This document shows positions 34,850 through 47,700 of a stretch of 64,000 bases of DNA, piece by piece. The stretch lies in assembly GCA_009103225.1 (NCBI GenBank), contig RHPI01002411.1, positions 28-64,027 on the forward strand, read 5' to 3'. The notes under the pieces are model-generated. The model had not been told where the DNA came from. It searched no databases and saw nothing but the letters and a program-made list of their open reading frames with translations. Each line of letters begins with the position of its first letter. Within the stretch, counting starts at the first letter, position 1. The DNA is from Chlorokybus atmophyticus. Its lineage: Eukaryota; Plantae; Mesostigma and Chlorokybus algae. The translations under genes and the position numbers were made by a program.

Positions 34850-35740
34850 AGGTACAATAGATTGCCTAAATACCTGATTGCACAAGTGCACTTAACGTGT
34901 TAATTGACAAGCCGCACCGACTGTCGGCTATACACCCGTGGACAGCCGCAAGTGGATAGCCGCAAATGGTCGGCGGCTGATTGACAGCCGGCCGGCTGTC
35001 AATTAAGCTGTAAGGGGCTGTCTATGCAATCACCATACTTCATAGTACCGTACGTGTATTTGCAAAAATTTGTGGACATGCACCATTAACATGTTCTTTG
35101 CGTTTGTTTAAGTACCTACGTATATATGAACATTATACATGTGTATACGTCAATGCATTATGTCTCATATAAAAAAATATATATATAATATATAAATGTT
35201 AGCGTGTGCACAAATGAATCTAATCTTATACGCATAGATTCGCAGGTTTAAATGGTTATATCAGTAGTATTTAAGTTGAGCCGTATACAAGGTATGTCTT
35301 ATGTAAAATTATGTATAAGAAGTATACATAAATGACGTCACTTATTATAATAGCCTCTTATGAGACCGCAGAATGCTTGACAGCCCCGACCAAGCATTGT
35401 GTACAACCAACTAGTAAATACCTATGTTGGTGCCGCAATGCGGTTTTAATATTTATCATGTAAACGTATATATATATATACGTTTACATGATATAAATAC
35501 TATATACACGAATGCTTACATATGTACACATGTAGGTGTGTGTATGCGCACGCAAGCAGGATGATATTGACAACCCCAAACAAGGTTACATACTCATGAG
35601 CAGCCCCCAACAAAGCATTGTAGTTTACACACCTTGGCAGCCGCCGAGTTGCGGCTGCCTGTGTCATCAACAATGACGTAAAATAATGTGATACCGTGGA
35701 TTAATACTGGTACAGCCTATGCACATTGATAGCGCATGCA
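34850..35740. other. AT-rich island inside the Academ element with perfect palindromes
   Basis: ATTGACAGCCGG/CCGGCTGTCAAT (34980-35003), TATCATGTAAACG(TA)7CGTTTACATGATA (35454-35493) and a hairpin at about 35637-35659. Confidence 0.8.
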
Positions 35741-36290
35741 CTGCCTATCAGCCGGTGGGCACAGAGGGGTGCCTCTGGCAGTTATTAACCTGTGGTGAAG
35801 ATGTATCCAGTGACGTGTTCAGCTGTGGAGACGTCGATTTGTGTTGTGAGTGGGTGTGACAGTGTGTGTTACTTTGTGAAAGGCCGTGACGTGAGGTGTG
35901 TGAGTTGGTGTGCATCGTAGTGACGACATGTGCGTTATTGTGTGCCGATCTGTGACTCAGCGTGCTTGCAGTGTCAGAATATCGGTGTGATGGTGTGTGA
36001 TGTGGTGTGATGTCCTGTGCCTGCGCGTTTAGGGTTTGCGGCTTTCGCGCTCGTGACAGATTTTGAAATGTGTCGTGCTGGGCAGGGTGTAGCTGGGTGG
36101 GGGTGTTTGTTGTTGTTGTTGGTGGCGGCGTAAGCGGCGGCGGGGGCGTTGGCGTGCGGGTGCTTGGGTGGTGCGGTGGTAAGGTGGCGGTATAGGTTGC
36201 CATGGCCATGCGGGGTACGCCCGGTCGGCCCGTCCTGGGGGGGGTAGTTACAGGCAGGTATATCTGGACGGCGCCAAGAGCGTTGCGTAC

Positions 36291-36734
36291 TTGGATGGCG
36301 GGCGACGCCGTGAGTCTGACGATCATGTCGTGGGTGTGGGCGAGGGGGGTGGTGTCACTGCCCGTGGTGTTAGTTTTCCTGGGGGGTTAGAGGTGATGTT
36401 GACGACTTGGGTAGACCATAGACTCTACTTGCCTCGTGATGTCCGAGACTCCCCTGTGAAGGTCATGTCGCCTGTGCTCGCTGTTGATGTCCTGAGTTCG
36501 GGCATGCATCCAGATGTTCGCCTCAAGTTGGCCTTGCGTGAGCGGGCTTGGGGTGTGTCTGGGGTTGATCGCCGGATGATTGTGCAAGAGTACATGCCAG
36601 AGTCATGGCTGGGCCTAGTTCCAGGCATGTGGCAAGTACATGACTCGTATGATGTGCCTATGCGCGAGCATTCTGAGCATGCCTGGCCTCAGCGAGGCGT
36701 CGTCCCCCGTCCGTGTCCCTTCCCCACGTCGTAA
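36291..36734 (+). CDS. Possible small second ORF of the Academ element, unknown function
   Basis: A 147-codon open frame convergent with the transposase. Non-low-complexity C-terminal half (MLTTWVDHRLYLP...WQVHDSYDVP). No recognisable motif. Confidence 0.3.
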   Translation: MDGGRRRESDDHVVGVGEGGGVTARGVSFPGGLEVMLTTWVDHRLYLPRDVRDSPVKVMSPVLAVDVLSSGMHPDVRLKLALRERAWGVSGVDRRMIVQEYMPESWLGLVPGMWQVHDSYDVPMREHSEHAWPQRGVVPRPCPFPTS

Positions 36735-36952
36735 AGGTATGCTGGGGCGGCTGTAAAGTTTAAACAGCTGAATGTTGCTCAGTTCTGAACGTTGCGTTGT
36801 TTCCTTTGCTGCGCAGGCCCTGAGGTTGTGTTGTGACAGTGTCTAGGAGTGAACATTGTTGTCCCATTGTTACATGACTTGTGTGCATGCAGCCTGTGCA
36901 GTTGCATTTGTGTGCATGTTTGTATATCTGGCATGCACATGATGGTTGCCAT

Positions 36953-39900
36953 TTAGCAGTCTAGGTCGTCAATGTCTAACTGTTCTACTAATTCCACCCA
37001 GTCTTGTGCATTGGCTGCATTTGTCTCCCAATCCCCACTACCTGCTCTGTCATCTTCTGCGTCCTCAGCAGCTTCCATTTCTGGGCTGTGTTCTTCTGCC
37101 TCTGCCTCGTCTCCAGAAGTTTCGGCTTCCCCCTCGCTGGAGGAGGAGGACGAATCTAGGTCATACATGCTGTCATCGTGTTGGGGCTGACCCTGCGTTG
37201 TGGGCATGGATGGTGTTGTGGGTTCTGTTGTGTCAGCTGGTGCCTGGGGTTTGTTCCTGTTGTTGCAAGTGGTGCACTTGCAGCTGTTAGTACACGGAAT
37301 CCCTGCGCGCTTGCAACGGCATTGCTTGTTGCTGCACGATGACTTCGAACAGCCGCAACCCTTCAATAGAAGAAGCCGCCGTCCTCGCGCTGCAGTCATG
37401 TTTTCAGGTGTGTCCAGGTGTGCAACCCACACATTGTCCTGCTGTCTGAAACCATGATCTGATAACGGTGCTGTCATCAGGTGCTGCCTAGGAGCTTGAA
37501 GCCACATCTTGACCACCCAGCATGCACGCTTGCAATGCAACAGCAGGGCTTCAACTGTTGGCATTCGGTCATCTTCCTTCCAGATGGTATGCCATGTTGC
37601 ATCGTGGATTGCGGCCAACCACTGGGTGAGTGTTGGGATATCATGCTTGCTGGCATTGGCACCACAGGTGTCATGAAACAATGCTGTTGGGCTGGGACAC
37701 TGGAAGTGTCTTGCGTGTTTCCTAAAGTAAGCACACCCAAGCAATCGCAGCAGCATTGCCTCTGGTGTCTGCAGTGCCATGTCTCGGGTGAGGAAGTCTG
37801 CGTCAGTACCTGCTACGGTTTGCCATAGCCACACCTTGCCCATGCCAGCAATGTAGCTCGTGTAGTCGCTGCCAGTGGCAGCAAAAAACAGCATGATGTA
37901 ATGTCCAATGTCCTGGCTGGGCGTGTGCGTCAATTGTTGTTGATGTGTTAAGTCCGACAGGAGTTGGTTGAGTTGGATGAAATGTGGACGGGTGGATGAT
38001 GCTCTTTCACGGCTGGTCTGGACGGTGACTACTTTGGACTGCAGCATACCTTGCTGCATTGCAGCCAACCCGATGATGGTGATGTCGGTGTCAGGTGAGT
38101 AAATCACCACCCTGTCACAAGTGCTGTTTTCTGCATGAAACCACACCCTACTGTCTGCTTCGCAGTGGTTGCACTCCAACGTAGAGTCTTGGCTGATGCT
38201 CACTTGATCTCGAAGGCGTTGCAGCACGCGGGCACCATGTCGGTATTGCATGTGGTCGCTGCCTCCAGACAGAATGAGCTTCTGGCCGTTGCGCAGCCAT
38301 GCAGCCGCATAGGTGGGCAAGTGTTCTGTGATGAATGAGCACAGCTCACGTTTGGCACTTCTGTTGTTCAGCAGCTGGGGCCACCTCGCTGGGAGTGCCT
38401 TTTCTAATCCGATCACAATCTTGTCTGTGTCACCAACATGAGCGCCATCTCTTCTGGACTGAAGGCTGGACTTGACGCCAGTTGCATGGTTGGGGTCGTC
38501 AAACACGATATGTACTTCTCGGATACTGTCAGCAGCAAAGCGAGGGCGCAGGTGGTTCCTGACCAGCTGCTGAAGGTAGTCTCCATAGTTGCTGATAGTG
38601 TCTGCGGGTGCTTGTTGTATGATGAACATGCCCTCAGTGATATAACACTCGGTGCCTGCAGGGAAGTGTTCTGCGCAGGCTTCTGGACTGCACTCAGCAA
38701 GCTTCCCAAGGAAAGCAGCCTTGCTACCCTTCCTCATGTTGCCTTCAACGTCAAAGAGCGCTCGAGGCATCTCCAGGTACCTCGCAGTCAGGTGTTCTCC
38801 AGGCATGTCATTGGATGCGAGCTTTCTCATTACTTGTGCATGGTCCTTGGCCACCCTTCTAGCAGTTCTGGCACTATTGCCTTTATTGCTTATACTCGCC
38901 ATCGTTCTAAGGTTGTTGCGCTTGACTTTAACCACGCCTTGGTTGCTGCAATACTTTGCTTGCACGTAACCCCTAAATGCCTCGACCCCAACTCTGTGAT
39001 GTCTACCCAAGTCAGCAGCAGCACCAGGTTTGGCTGTGACATCCCGCACCAAGTGTCGCAGCTCCATGTCATGCTCAACCATCAGGTGAGCGGCGCTGTT
39101 GATGGTTTCAGTCATGTGGGTCACCGTGCTTAGTGTCCGCTTGTAATCGAACTCTGGGAGTGGCCTGGGGGGTGGTAGCACTTGCTGATCAAAGTTCTTC
39201 ATGCTGGCAGCACGCGTTGTCAGGTGTAGAGTCTTGCGGCGTAGGTACTCCTCGCTGGGTCTGCTGATGCACTGCTTGAGGTCGCGGTTGATCACGATTT
39301 CATGCGCCTCGTCGCAAGCTACGCTCGCAGCCCAGCGCCCATTGATGGACACTGCAAAGTGCCCATCATCAAGAAGTTGCAGCACACTCAAAGGCCATGT
39401 TCTCAGGTCTGTCAGATGACTGCTGAACACCCTTTGATAATGTGGCCTGTCCCAGGCAAATGCAAGTGGAGCGAGCATCTTAATGGATGCACAACGCAGC
39501 TGCCAGTCACTGGTTCTGGTGGCAAAGTACAAAGCCACATAAGGTAAACAGTCACGTTGCGTGAAGTGCCACCAGAATGCCCATGTGCTGTCCCTCTCTG
39601 CTCTTGCAGAACCATATGCCAAAAACTCTGTGTAATAACTGATGGCTGCACTGTCGCTCGTGCTTGGCTGAGTGTTCAATTGCTGCCTCTCCAAGAATCG
39701 CTGGTAGTGGTCAGAGGCCTCAAAAGCGTCAAGCTGTGCACGGAACACAGCTTCAAAGCCCTGCAGGAGGAAGGAGTTGTTTCGCTTCCAGTTCCTCCCA
39801 TCCACCAGAGCATTACGGGCTGTTGAATTGGCAAACCCAGCGCTTGGGGCCAGGCCATCCAAGCCAGCGTCAAAGAAGATCTTCAACACCACAGGCTGCA

Positions 39901-42900
39901 TGTTGAACAGCACATGCCAGTCACCTATCATTGGGAGAACCCAATCCCAAAAGCCGGGCTCCAAGGCCTTGATCTCCAGAATGAGGGCATATGTCTTCTG
40001 ATCTCCCGCTATCATCATGCAGGTCATGCCAGATGGCTCTAACACTTTGGCTTGTATTTCAGCAAGTGCCAATTTCAGATGGTCGCGCTTGTCCGGATTA
40101 ATTGGCAAGAGGGGTAGGAAGTGAATGGATGAGCGAGGGCGGGCAGCACACAGGCGCAGCGCAGCGTATTCATGCTTGAGGGTACGTGACTGCTGGCCTG
40201 TTTCTGCACGCCTCCCCTTGATTGCTTGAAATAAGTTTATGTTGAAGAGGTCCAGTGCTGCTTGCTCTGCATCACTCAAGTACACCACCAGGTCCGGAGA
40301 GGGCAGCGGCACAAATCTTCTTGGGGCACTCACCATTGGCCGCTGAGGGTCCAAGTCCATTCTGACTTGGATGCCAGCCTCTCTCAAGGTACGCCATCTC
40401 ACAGGCTGCCAATATCACCCATGTCAATTGCCATTAGGCACTCGTACACACATGCATTCATACTCAGAACCACCGTTGCAGTGCTGACCTTGGCAGCGCT
40501 GACGTCTGGCTGGAAATCTCGTTGTTCTTGAGGCCATGTAACGACTGCCTGTGTGGTGGTACAGTGCATGCCGGTGGATGACTCCTTGCCCATGAACATA
40601 AGTGTGTGAGATTGCTGAAAGTCCAGATTGTCTATACTGCACATGACCAGTTCGTTGTGGTGCAGGCCAAAGTGAAGGGGTGCAGTTGCCAAGGACATGG
40701 TTCGCGTGGTCACATGCCTATGGGATCCACAGCATGTATGGTAAGTTGCCATTCAGTCAGCGATATGCCCCTAATCACATACAAGTTGCATTGCAACAGG
40801 CCTGGCTGACCTGTTGAGCGTGTAGCGGCTCACACATAACCCTAGTCGGTTCAGCATGTGAATCAGTTTGGGTTTGGCACCGCACCCCTCCACATAGTTT
40901 GCCAGGACCAGGTGCAACTTGGAGTATGCCTTTGGGTTGCGCGCATAAATTGCATTAGCATACAACACTGCTGTCTGACTTCTCATGACTTTCAGGCGAT
41001 CCTTGATGTTTTCATCGTCACATCCAGCTCGCGCAGCCGCTCTTTCCGCAGTCTCTAGTCCAGTGATGGCCTTCAACACCGTGACGACATCCTCTTGTCC
41101 ATCATCCAACTCTTGCCTCATGTCCAAAGACCGCCAATCAGGCGTGCCTTCTGCGTTAGTCTTAGTCCTGGCCACTGCAGCTTGTTGCACACACTTGCTG
41201 AGATGCCGCAGCAGCACGCCATTGACAACCCCTTCGCTTTGCGTGGGGGTTCCACCTGACTCTTTCAGTTTGCGCAGGACCCAGCCACCATACACAGCCT
41301 TCGCCAAGGCACGTCCGTGATCGGTACCCCGCACCAGCAAGACTGTACCTAGCCTTGGAGATCCAGTCAGAAGCTCCAGAGATGTACCAAAGGCCCGCTG
41401 CAGTGCGACAGACAACATCCTGGAGGTGACTCTAGAGCGCGATGCCAATTCTTGCAGCAACACAGCGCCATCTTCATCTTGCAAGTCTCTCGCCACTACT
41501 CTGCAGGCCTCTGCAGTAGGTCCCTCCTCGACTAGCGCATCTGCCACCTCCCTAATCTTTGTGACTGACTCCCGCCACAACCCAGAGTTGTATGCAGATT
41601 GCCCACTACCACTTCGGCGCAGCCTGTTCTGCATATCTAGCAACTCTTTCTTGTATTGATCGATCATTGACCTGCTAGCTGTGAGCTGTTCACTTGCACG
41701 TGTACACTCAAGCCGGCACCTTCCTAATTGACTATGTAGAGCACATACATCCTCCACACTTTTGGCCAACTCAGCTTTCACATTCTGAGCACGCACATAC
41801 AAGCATGTAAGCTGCGTGCTTTGCCATATGAAACATCACTTTCACTTGCACTGTATTACCTCTTGTTGGCTGCATGCATCAGTCAAGGAGTGCTGCAACT
41901 GCTCCACATTGCACGCTTGTTCACACATGATTAAACGCAAACTGCATGACTCCGTAGTAGCCTCGTTGCACATGCGTTGCCACTCTGCACACCTATCGCA
42001 GACATGCCCATCTGCATTGCCTGCACAGCACATGCAATGTCAAATGAAGCACACAGATTATCAACATCCAGCGCGTTACAGTGCACACCCTAACACTAAC
42101 TACACTACATGCCTGATCCCCAATGGCCGCTAGAATGCTGCTGGGAAGACTGCGATTGATGCAAGTTGGTGCGCTCTCCTAGAGGGGCTCTAGGAGTGAA
42201 AGGTGGACCCATGTCGGGTGTGAAGCCAACAGAACCAAGAGGGACAGTTACCTCCACATATTGACCCTGTATGCAACATAATTATAACATCAGCCACAAC
42301 ACAGTATCACAGCAATAGCAACTACCCAAAATCTACTGCAGTCTCAACACCCTCTCCAACATGCACTTACAGCGTCATTGCGTATCATCACTTTCTGGAA
42401 CCCATGTGCCCGCCCTGCCGCACTAGGAACTGGAGTCTGAGGAGTGACTCCACTCATAGTTGGCAGCGCTGCAGGGACTGATGGACGCTCAACAAAGTCA
42501 CCCTGCAACATACATTTGCCACATTAATTTCAGTGATCACATCCCACGCCTCCATCAAGCCACAAAGCTCCCACAATCATAGCATGACCCACTATCACAA
42601 TGCAACAACTACACGCACAACATACACACCTCGACTTGTTGGAAAGTGTCGTTACCCTTGTCATACCTCCATTTCTTGCCACTGGTTATTGCATTAAACA
42701 CCACATGGTAGGGCAAACAAGTATCATGCAAGCTACAATCACGCCGGAGAGCATGCATCATGTTGTCCTCCTTCTGCTTGGCGGCCACCCTAACAGCCTT
42801 CTGGTTTTCCGCATGCTTCCTCTTCTTCTTGTTCTTCGCCTCAGTCCCAGGAGAGGTACTGGCCTCCGTGCCAGCCTCTTCAAGCGGCATCGTGTGCTGT

Positions 42901-42962
42901 GTACACTGGACCCCACCAGCCCCCTCGCCAGGAGAACTCTGCGCCTGCTCAAACTGATCCAT
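36953..42962 (-). CDS. Academ transposase fused to XPG/FEN1-like nuclease and Cys-rich CXC finger (spliced, apparently intact)
   Basis: Exons 41784-40811, 40717-40489 and 40405-36953 splice in frame to 1551 aa. Motifs: LNRLGLCVS, IDNLDF, GDQKTY, GDWH, DEAHE (transposase); ITEGM, VFDD, HCEADSR, SPDTD, GSDYTSYIAGMGK (XPG, H3TH); CGCSKSSCSNKQCRCKRAGIPCTNSCKCTTC. Upstream exons (VCDRC) are less certain. Confidence 0.85.
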
Positions 42963-43441
42963 GCCGCCGCCACACTGCCACCGCGGCTCCTCAACAAAAT
43001 TCAAAAATCATCCCGCGCGCACGTCCAGAGCACGCACAGCTATGCACGCATGATCACAAAACTTCACGTATGCTCACAACGAGATAGAGCTCAGCATTTC
43101 ACACAAAGGCACACGATCTCACACCGAATTACGTCCATCCCACACCACATCGAGCACACGAATTCACAAGTCATCACAACATAACTCACACTTACTCACA
43201 AAGGTTCACAAGCTTATCGCGATCTCACAACGGCCCACGGACCATCGTGGCCATCGATTGCCAAATAAGCAGCAACGGCCGATGTCTAATCCTTTGAGCA
43301 GGACCCCTCTGTGCCCACCGGCTGCTATGGGCCTGTCAATTCACAACGCCGACTTCCTGTGCAATTTCCGCCGCCGACAGTCGCCAAGCGGCCGTCGGTA
43401 CAGTCTATTATGCAAGTACTGCACCGTCCCTACCGGTACGT

Positions 43442-43514
43442 GCACATGTAGCTTAGTGGTTAGGGTGTCGTGTTTGTATTCCAAAGGTCTTGGGTTCGAC
43501 TCTCGGTGGATGCA
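43442..43514 (+). pseudogene. tRNA-derived sequence (Thr-UGU-like) with Pol III A and B boxes
   Basis: 73 nt. A box TAGCTTAGTGG, B box GGTTCGACTCT, and loop TTTGTAT at the anticodon position. Acceptor and anticodon stems are poorly paired, so not a functional tRNA. Confidence 0.7.
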
Positions 43515-44752
43515 TGCGTTCTTCACTAATCATGTCTACGACGCCGCGGCCTCGCGCGCTGCAGCCTGCGGCCCTGCAGGTCGGGCGTGGCCGGTGCTGC
43601 CGGCTCAAGATAGAGCACTTTCCGTCATTTGCATTACATCTAATGCTTATGAACAAATATTGCGGTCAATGGTCCGCTGGCCGGACCAGTAATGATTGTT
43701 AAACTAAATGTTTTTGTTAAGTCCCTGGTCCGCTGACTGGCTCGTACCTGGTCCTGACGCGACCGTAAACAGGCCGGAACAGACATGGTGCGACCCCAAA
43801 AAAACATGGGACCGTTCACGTGAGTTTTGGACCATGCATGGTCGGACTGTCAATGACAGTCCAACCAGACATGGTCCACGGAATTCACTTAGCAGGGGAA
43901 AATCCCGGTTCGAGGGTACGGACCATTTATGGTCCTTTGACGTCAATCGGTGTGAGGTATACTGCCTTGACAGCCGACCCGCTTCATCCCACATTCCTTG
44001 CGTCTGTAACCTTGAGTTGCATGATGCGATGATTGATGTAAAACTGCATCCACTCACCCATCCTGTGATGGCCATGACTTCTGCCATTTTGTTGTACTTC
44101 AGCACCGCGACCCTTTGATGAGGGTGGGCCGGGTATTGATCGTTCTGCAATACGCTGCTGGTGAGTTTCTCGTGCAATGGAATATATAGCGCAAATGTAA
44201 GTTAATAACAAGGTTTGTAGAACAAAATAACACCATGCGTAACAAGTGACATGCACAGGTTCCCAGCAGCGACTGTCAATGCGCTGCGCGATGCGCCATA
44301 CAGCACAGAGCATTGACAACCTGGGCATGTCGTTAACAATTTTGATTTTTGAACGTTTTTACCTTGATGGCTTTCTAGAGTTCAAGCCCCATAGACTTGC
44401 ACGCATCCTGGTCCTCCCTACCGCCTCCGTAGTTGATTGTGCGCACGACTCGGCACACCTGCGTGTTGAAGTGCTGTCCGATTTTGGTGGGCTTGGTCTC
44501 TCCCCCAATTGATTGACCCCTTGCATCACGGTGACCAGCTTGCACATTGCACGAACAGAACGGGCAGCCCCAGATAAACGGCGACCCTGTGGACGCCCGC
44601 CTTCGTTTCAAAATGTCCAACTGCCTGGCAATCCTTTCCAGCGACTGTGTTGTACAACTCCTCACAGCTCCGCACACCTCTCGTCGCTTCACCCTGCGCC
44701 CTGAGCTACACCCACACCCACACCCACAACCACAACCACAACCACAGCAACA

Positions 44753-47700
44753 TGTTGTAGGACTAGCATGCACATGTAGCTGAGGCAAGCATAGACACAC
44801 AGAGACAGAGCTACCGCCATCAGAGCATACACAAGTCACATCACATTCATTTGTTACAAGTTGTCCGCTGGTTCTTATACCAGCCAGTTACACACACGTC
44901 TACGTTTGCAAGCATTGCGTAAGCTATACTTAGCTTTTTGACGCGCTCTAAGTTGCGTTGTCTTTCTTACAACTAGAGCTTTCCAACAAGGTCTTACACG
45001 CCTAATATGAGTAAGTATACGCGGAGATACAAAGCAGTTAGTAAGGCTCTAGTCTGGAGTCCGGAGCCTGGTCCGACGACGCCATCTTGCTAAGTCCGGA
45101 CCTAGTGCTCGTCCTTACGACCTTCTACTCCTGTGTGGAGGGTCGATGCTGATCGTATGTAGGAATACTCTCAACACTCCCACGCGAGCAGCTTGACCTC
45201 CAACGCTTGCTTTTATTGTTAAACACAAATGCCAAGTCCTGCGCAACAAGTCTTGAACTTGAGCGGTGACAATGGCTTTGTCAGTAAGTCCGCCAGCATG
45301 CCCTCGGTGTTGCAGTACTGGAACTCCACCTCCTTCCTTGTGACTCTGTCACGCACAAAGTGATGCATGACATCAATGTGCTTCGTCCTTGCTAAGGCGA
45401 TAGGGTGCTTCAACAACTTGATGGCTCCTTGGTTGTAACAATTGATGACGATGCACGCCATGGGGTGCTCCAAGTCTGCCATGAGCTTACGAAGCCAGAG
45501 TGCCTCCTTCACTGCTGCTGCCGCTGCCATGTACTCAGCCTCTGATGTAGATACTGCTGTTGTTGGCTGCAGCCTGCTGTTCCAGCTCACCACGCCTCCG
45601 TTCAGCTTGAAGATGCAGCCTGTAGTGGACCTCCTGCTGTTGAGGTCACCAGCAAAGTCCGAGTCGCAGTAGCCCTTCAACTCAATGCTCCCGCTCCCAA
45701 ACTTGATGCCAACTGTTGCGCTCCCAGCAACATAGCGTAGTACTCCCTTGGCTGCTCTCCAGTGCTCCATGCTCGGTGCAGACATGTAGCGAGCAAGTAC
45801 TCCCACAGCATGTGCAACATCGGGACGTGTGCACACTGCCAGATAGAGCATGCTGCCTACCAGCTCACCATATGGATACAGAGCCTTGTCGAGTACGTCC
45901 TCATCCTTTGCCTAGATAAGGGCAATGCCAAGTGCCAACGGTGTGGTCTTGGTCTTCGCTTTAGTGAGCCCGAACTTGGTGACGAGTCTGCTCACCATCT
46001 GCTCATGACTGATCTTGATTGTGCGAGCAGCCCTGTCGCGCTCAATCACCATGCCAAGGAACCACTTGGCCTCTCCAAGATTACGGACTCAGAATGCTTG
46101 CTGTAGAGCAAGTTTCGTCTCCTGCAGGTGGTGCACCTGCCTGGCGGTGATAATGATATCATCAACATACACGAGCAGCCAGACCTTGTTGTCTGCATGG
46201 ATGAAGAGCTCAGGGTCTGCAGAGGATGCGGTGAAGCCAAGTGCCTCCAGCTCCTTGGTGAGCTTGATGTGCCACATACGCGGTGCCTGTCGCAGCCCGT
46301 ACAATGCCTTGATCATCTTGCACGCTGTGCCTCTCTCCCCTTCCTCATATCAAGGTGGTTGCTCGATGAAGATCTCCTCCTCCAGCCTTCCGTAGAGGAA
46401 GGCAGTTTTCACGTCGAGGTGATGCAGCTTGAGGTCCTCAGCAGCAACCACAGCTAGCAGTGCACGGAAGGTGGTATGCTTACTTGCAGGTGCAAACACT
46501 TCGTTGAAGTCCACACCTTCCTGCTGCAAGAAGCCCTTTGCCACCAGTCTTGCCTTGTAGCGCTCAATGTTGCCCTGACCATCACGCTTCACCTTGAAGA
46601 CCCATTTCACTGGAATGGTCTTCACTCCTTGCGGTAACTGCTCCAGTGACCAAGTGTTGTTTGCATGGAGTGACGCAATTTACTCGTCCATAGCACGCTG
46701 CCATTGCTCCGCATTTGGTGCTAACAATGCCTCCTCGTAAGTGCTTGGCTCCTCATTCTGCACACTGGCGACGTGTGCCCTGTGTAGGAAGTCAGGTGCC
46801 TTTCTCTCCCTCACAGGGTATCTTCGAGCTGCGTGCTCCTGCTGCAGGTGCGGCTCCTTCTGGCCTGCTACAATCGAGTCTCGCTCACCCTTGTCGTTGA
46901 TGACTGCCTCGCCCTCAGCCTCCACTGTCTTAGGATGCTCTGTGGCTGTACTTCATCGTCATCTCCCGGAAAGAAGCCTGCTTTTGGTTGTGATAATCCC
47001 TAAAAACCACCTCTCTGCTCACGATGATCTTTTGAGTGTCCTCGAGCAAGATCCTGTAAGCCTTGGAACCCGGTTCATAGCCAACGAAGATGCCCTTCTT
47101 GCTGCCCGGCTTCAGCCTGTGCCTGAGCTGTTTAGGCACTAATGCACATGCCGTGCATCCAAACACACGCATACCACTCACATCTGGTGTGGCTCCATAA
47201 AAGTGCTCCCACGGAGTCTTCTGCTCTGAGCTCACCGGAGACCTGTTGTGGATGTAGTTGGCAGTGAGTACCGCCTCCTTCCACAAACTGTCTTCCATCT
47301 TTGTGTCGTTGAGCATGGCTCCAACACGCTCCAAGAGTGTCTTGTTGAGGCGTTCAGCTGCTCCATTCTGCTGCGGGGTGTAGGGTGCCGTTGTCTCGTG
47401 GCGTATGCCCTTGCTAGCGAAGAACTCCTTCAACTTCTTGTTGATGTACTCCCCTCCTCGGTCACTCCTCATTGCCTTCATCTTGTTGCTAGACTGCATC
47501 TCCAACAAGGCCACAACTGTGCGCACAGCTCCAGCAACTTCTGACTTGAGCGTCAATGGAAAGATGATGGACAGCTTGCTGTAGTCGTCAAGAAATGTAG
47601 CAAAGTACCTGGCCCCTTCGCCACAATGCGCATAGAGCCACAAACATCAATGTGCACAAGCTCGCAAGGATGCTAACTGCTAGAAGAGGATGATGGGAAT

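Larger units (their letters stand above)
34488..43954 (-). mobile_element. Complete Academ (AcademX-type) DNA transposon, 9467 bp
   Basis: 35-bp TIRs match at 29/35 (CACACGGCTTGACGTTGAAGGACCATGCATGGTCC). 3-bp TSD AGG at 34485-34487 and 43955-43957. GGACCA subterminal arrays. Encodes a transposase-XPG-Cys-rich protein. Confidence 0.88.
29998..44720 (-). pseudogene. Multi-exon SET-domain / coiled-coil gene 1, interrupted by the Academ element (5' end may extend past 49650)
   Basis: Exons bounded by GT-AG. Excising 34488-43954 restores ...RQYT|FWPRKTQLKVEEAQQ in frame. SET at about 33328-33845 is followed by helical, Pro-rich and long coiled-coil exons. Several in-frame stops. Confidence 0.75.

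Noticed and set aside
35748-36326. 192-aa Thr/Pro/His-rich minus-strand ORF
   Set aside because: It is a translation of a GT-rich low-complexity tract with no coding signature.
44705-44752. Cys-Gly repeat (CCCCGCGCGC) in ORF 44375-44839
   Set aside because: It is a GT-rich microsatellite at an intron 3' end (…GTGTAG| acceptor), read through from LTR sequence; not a metallothionein-like peptide.
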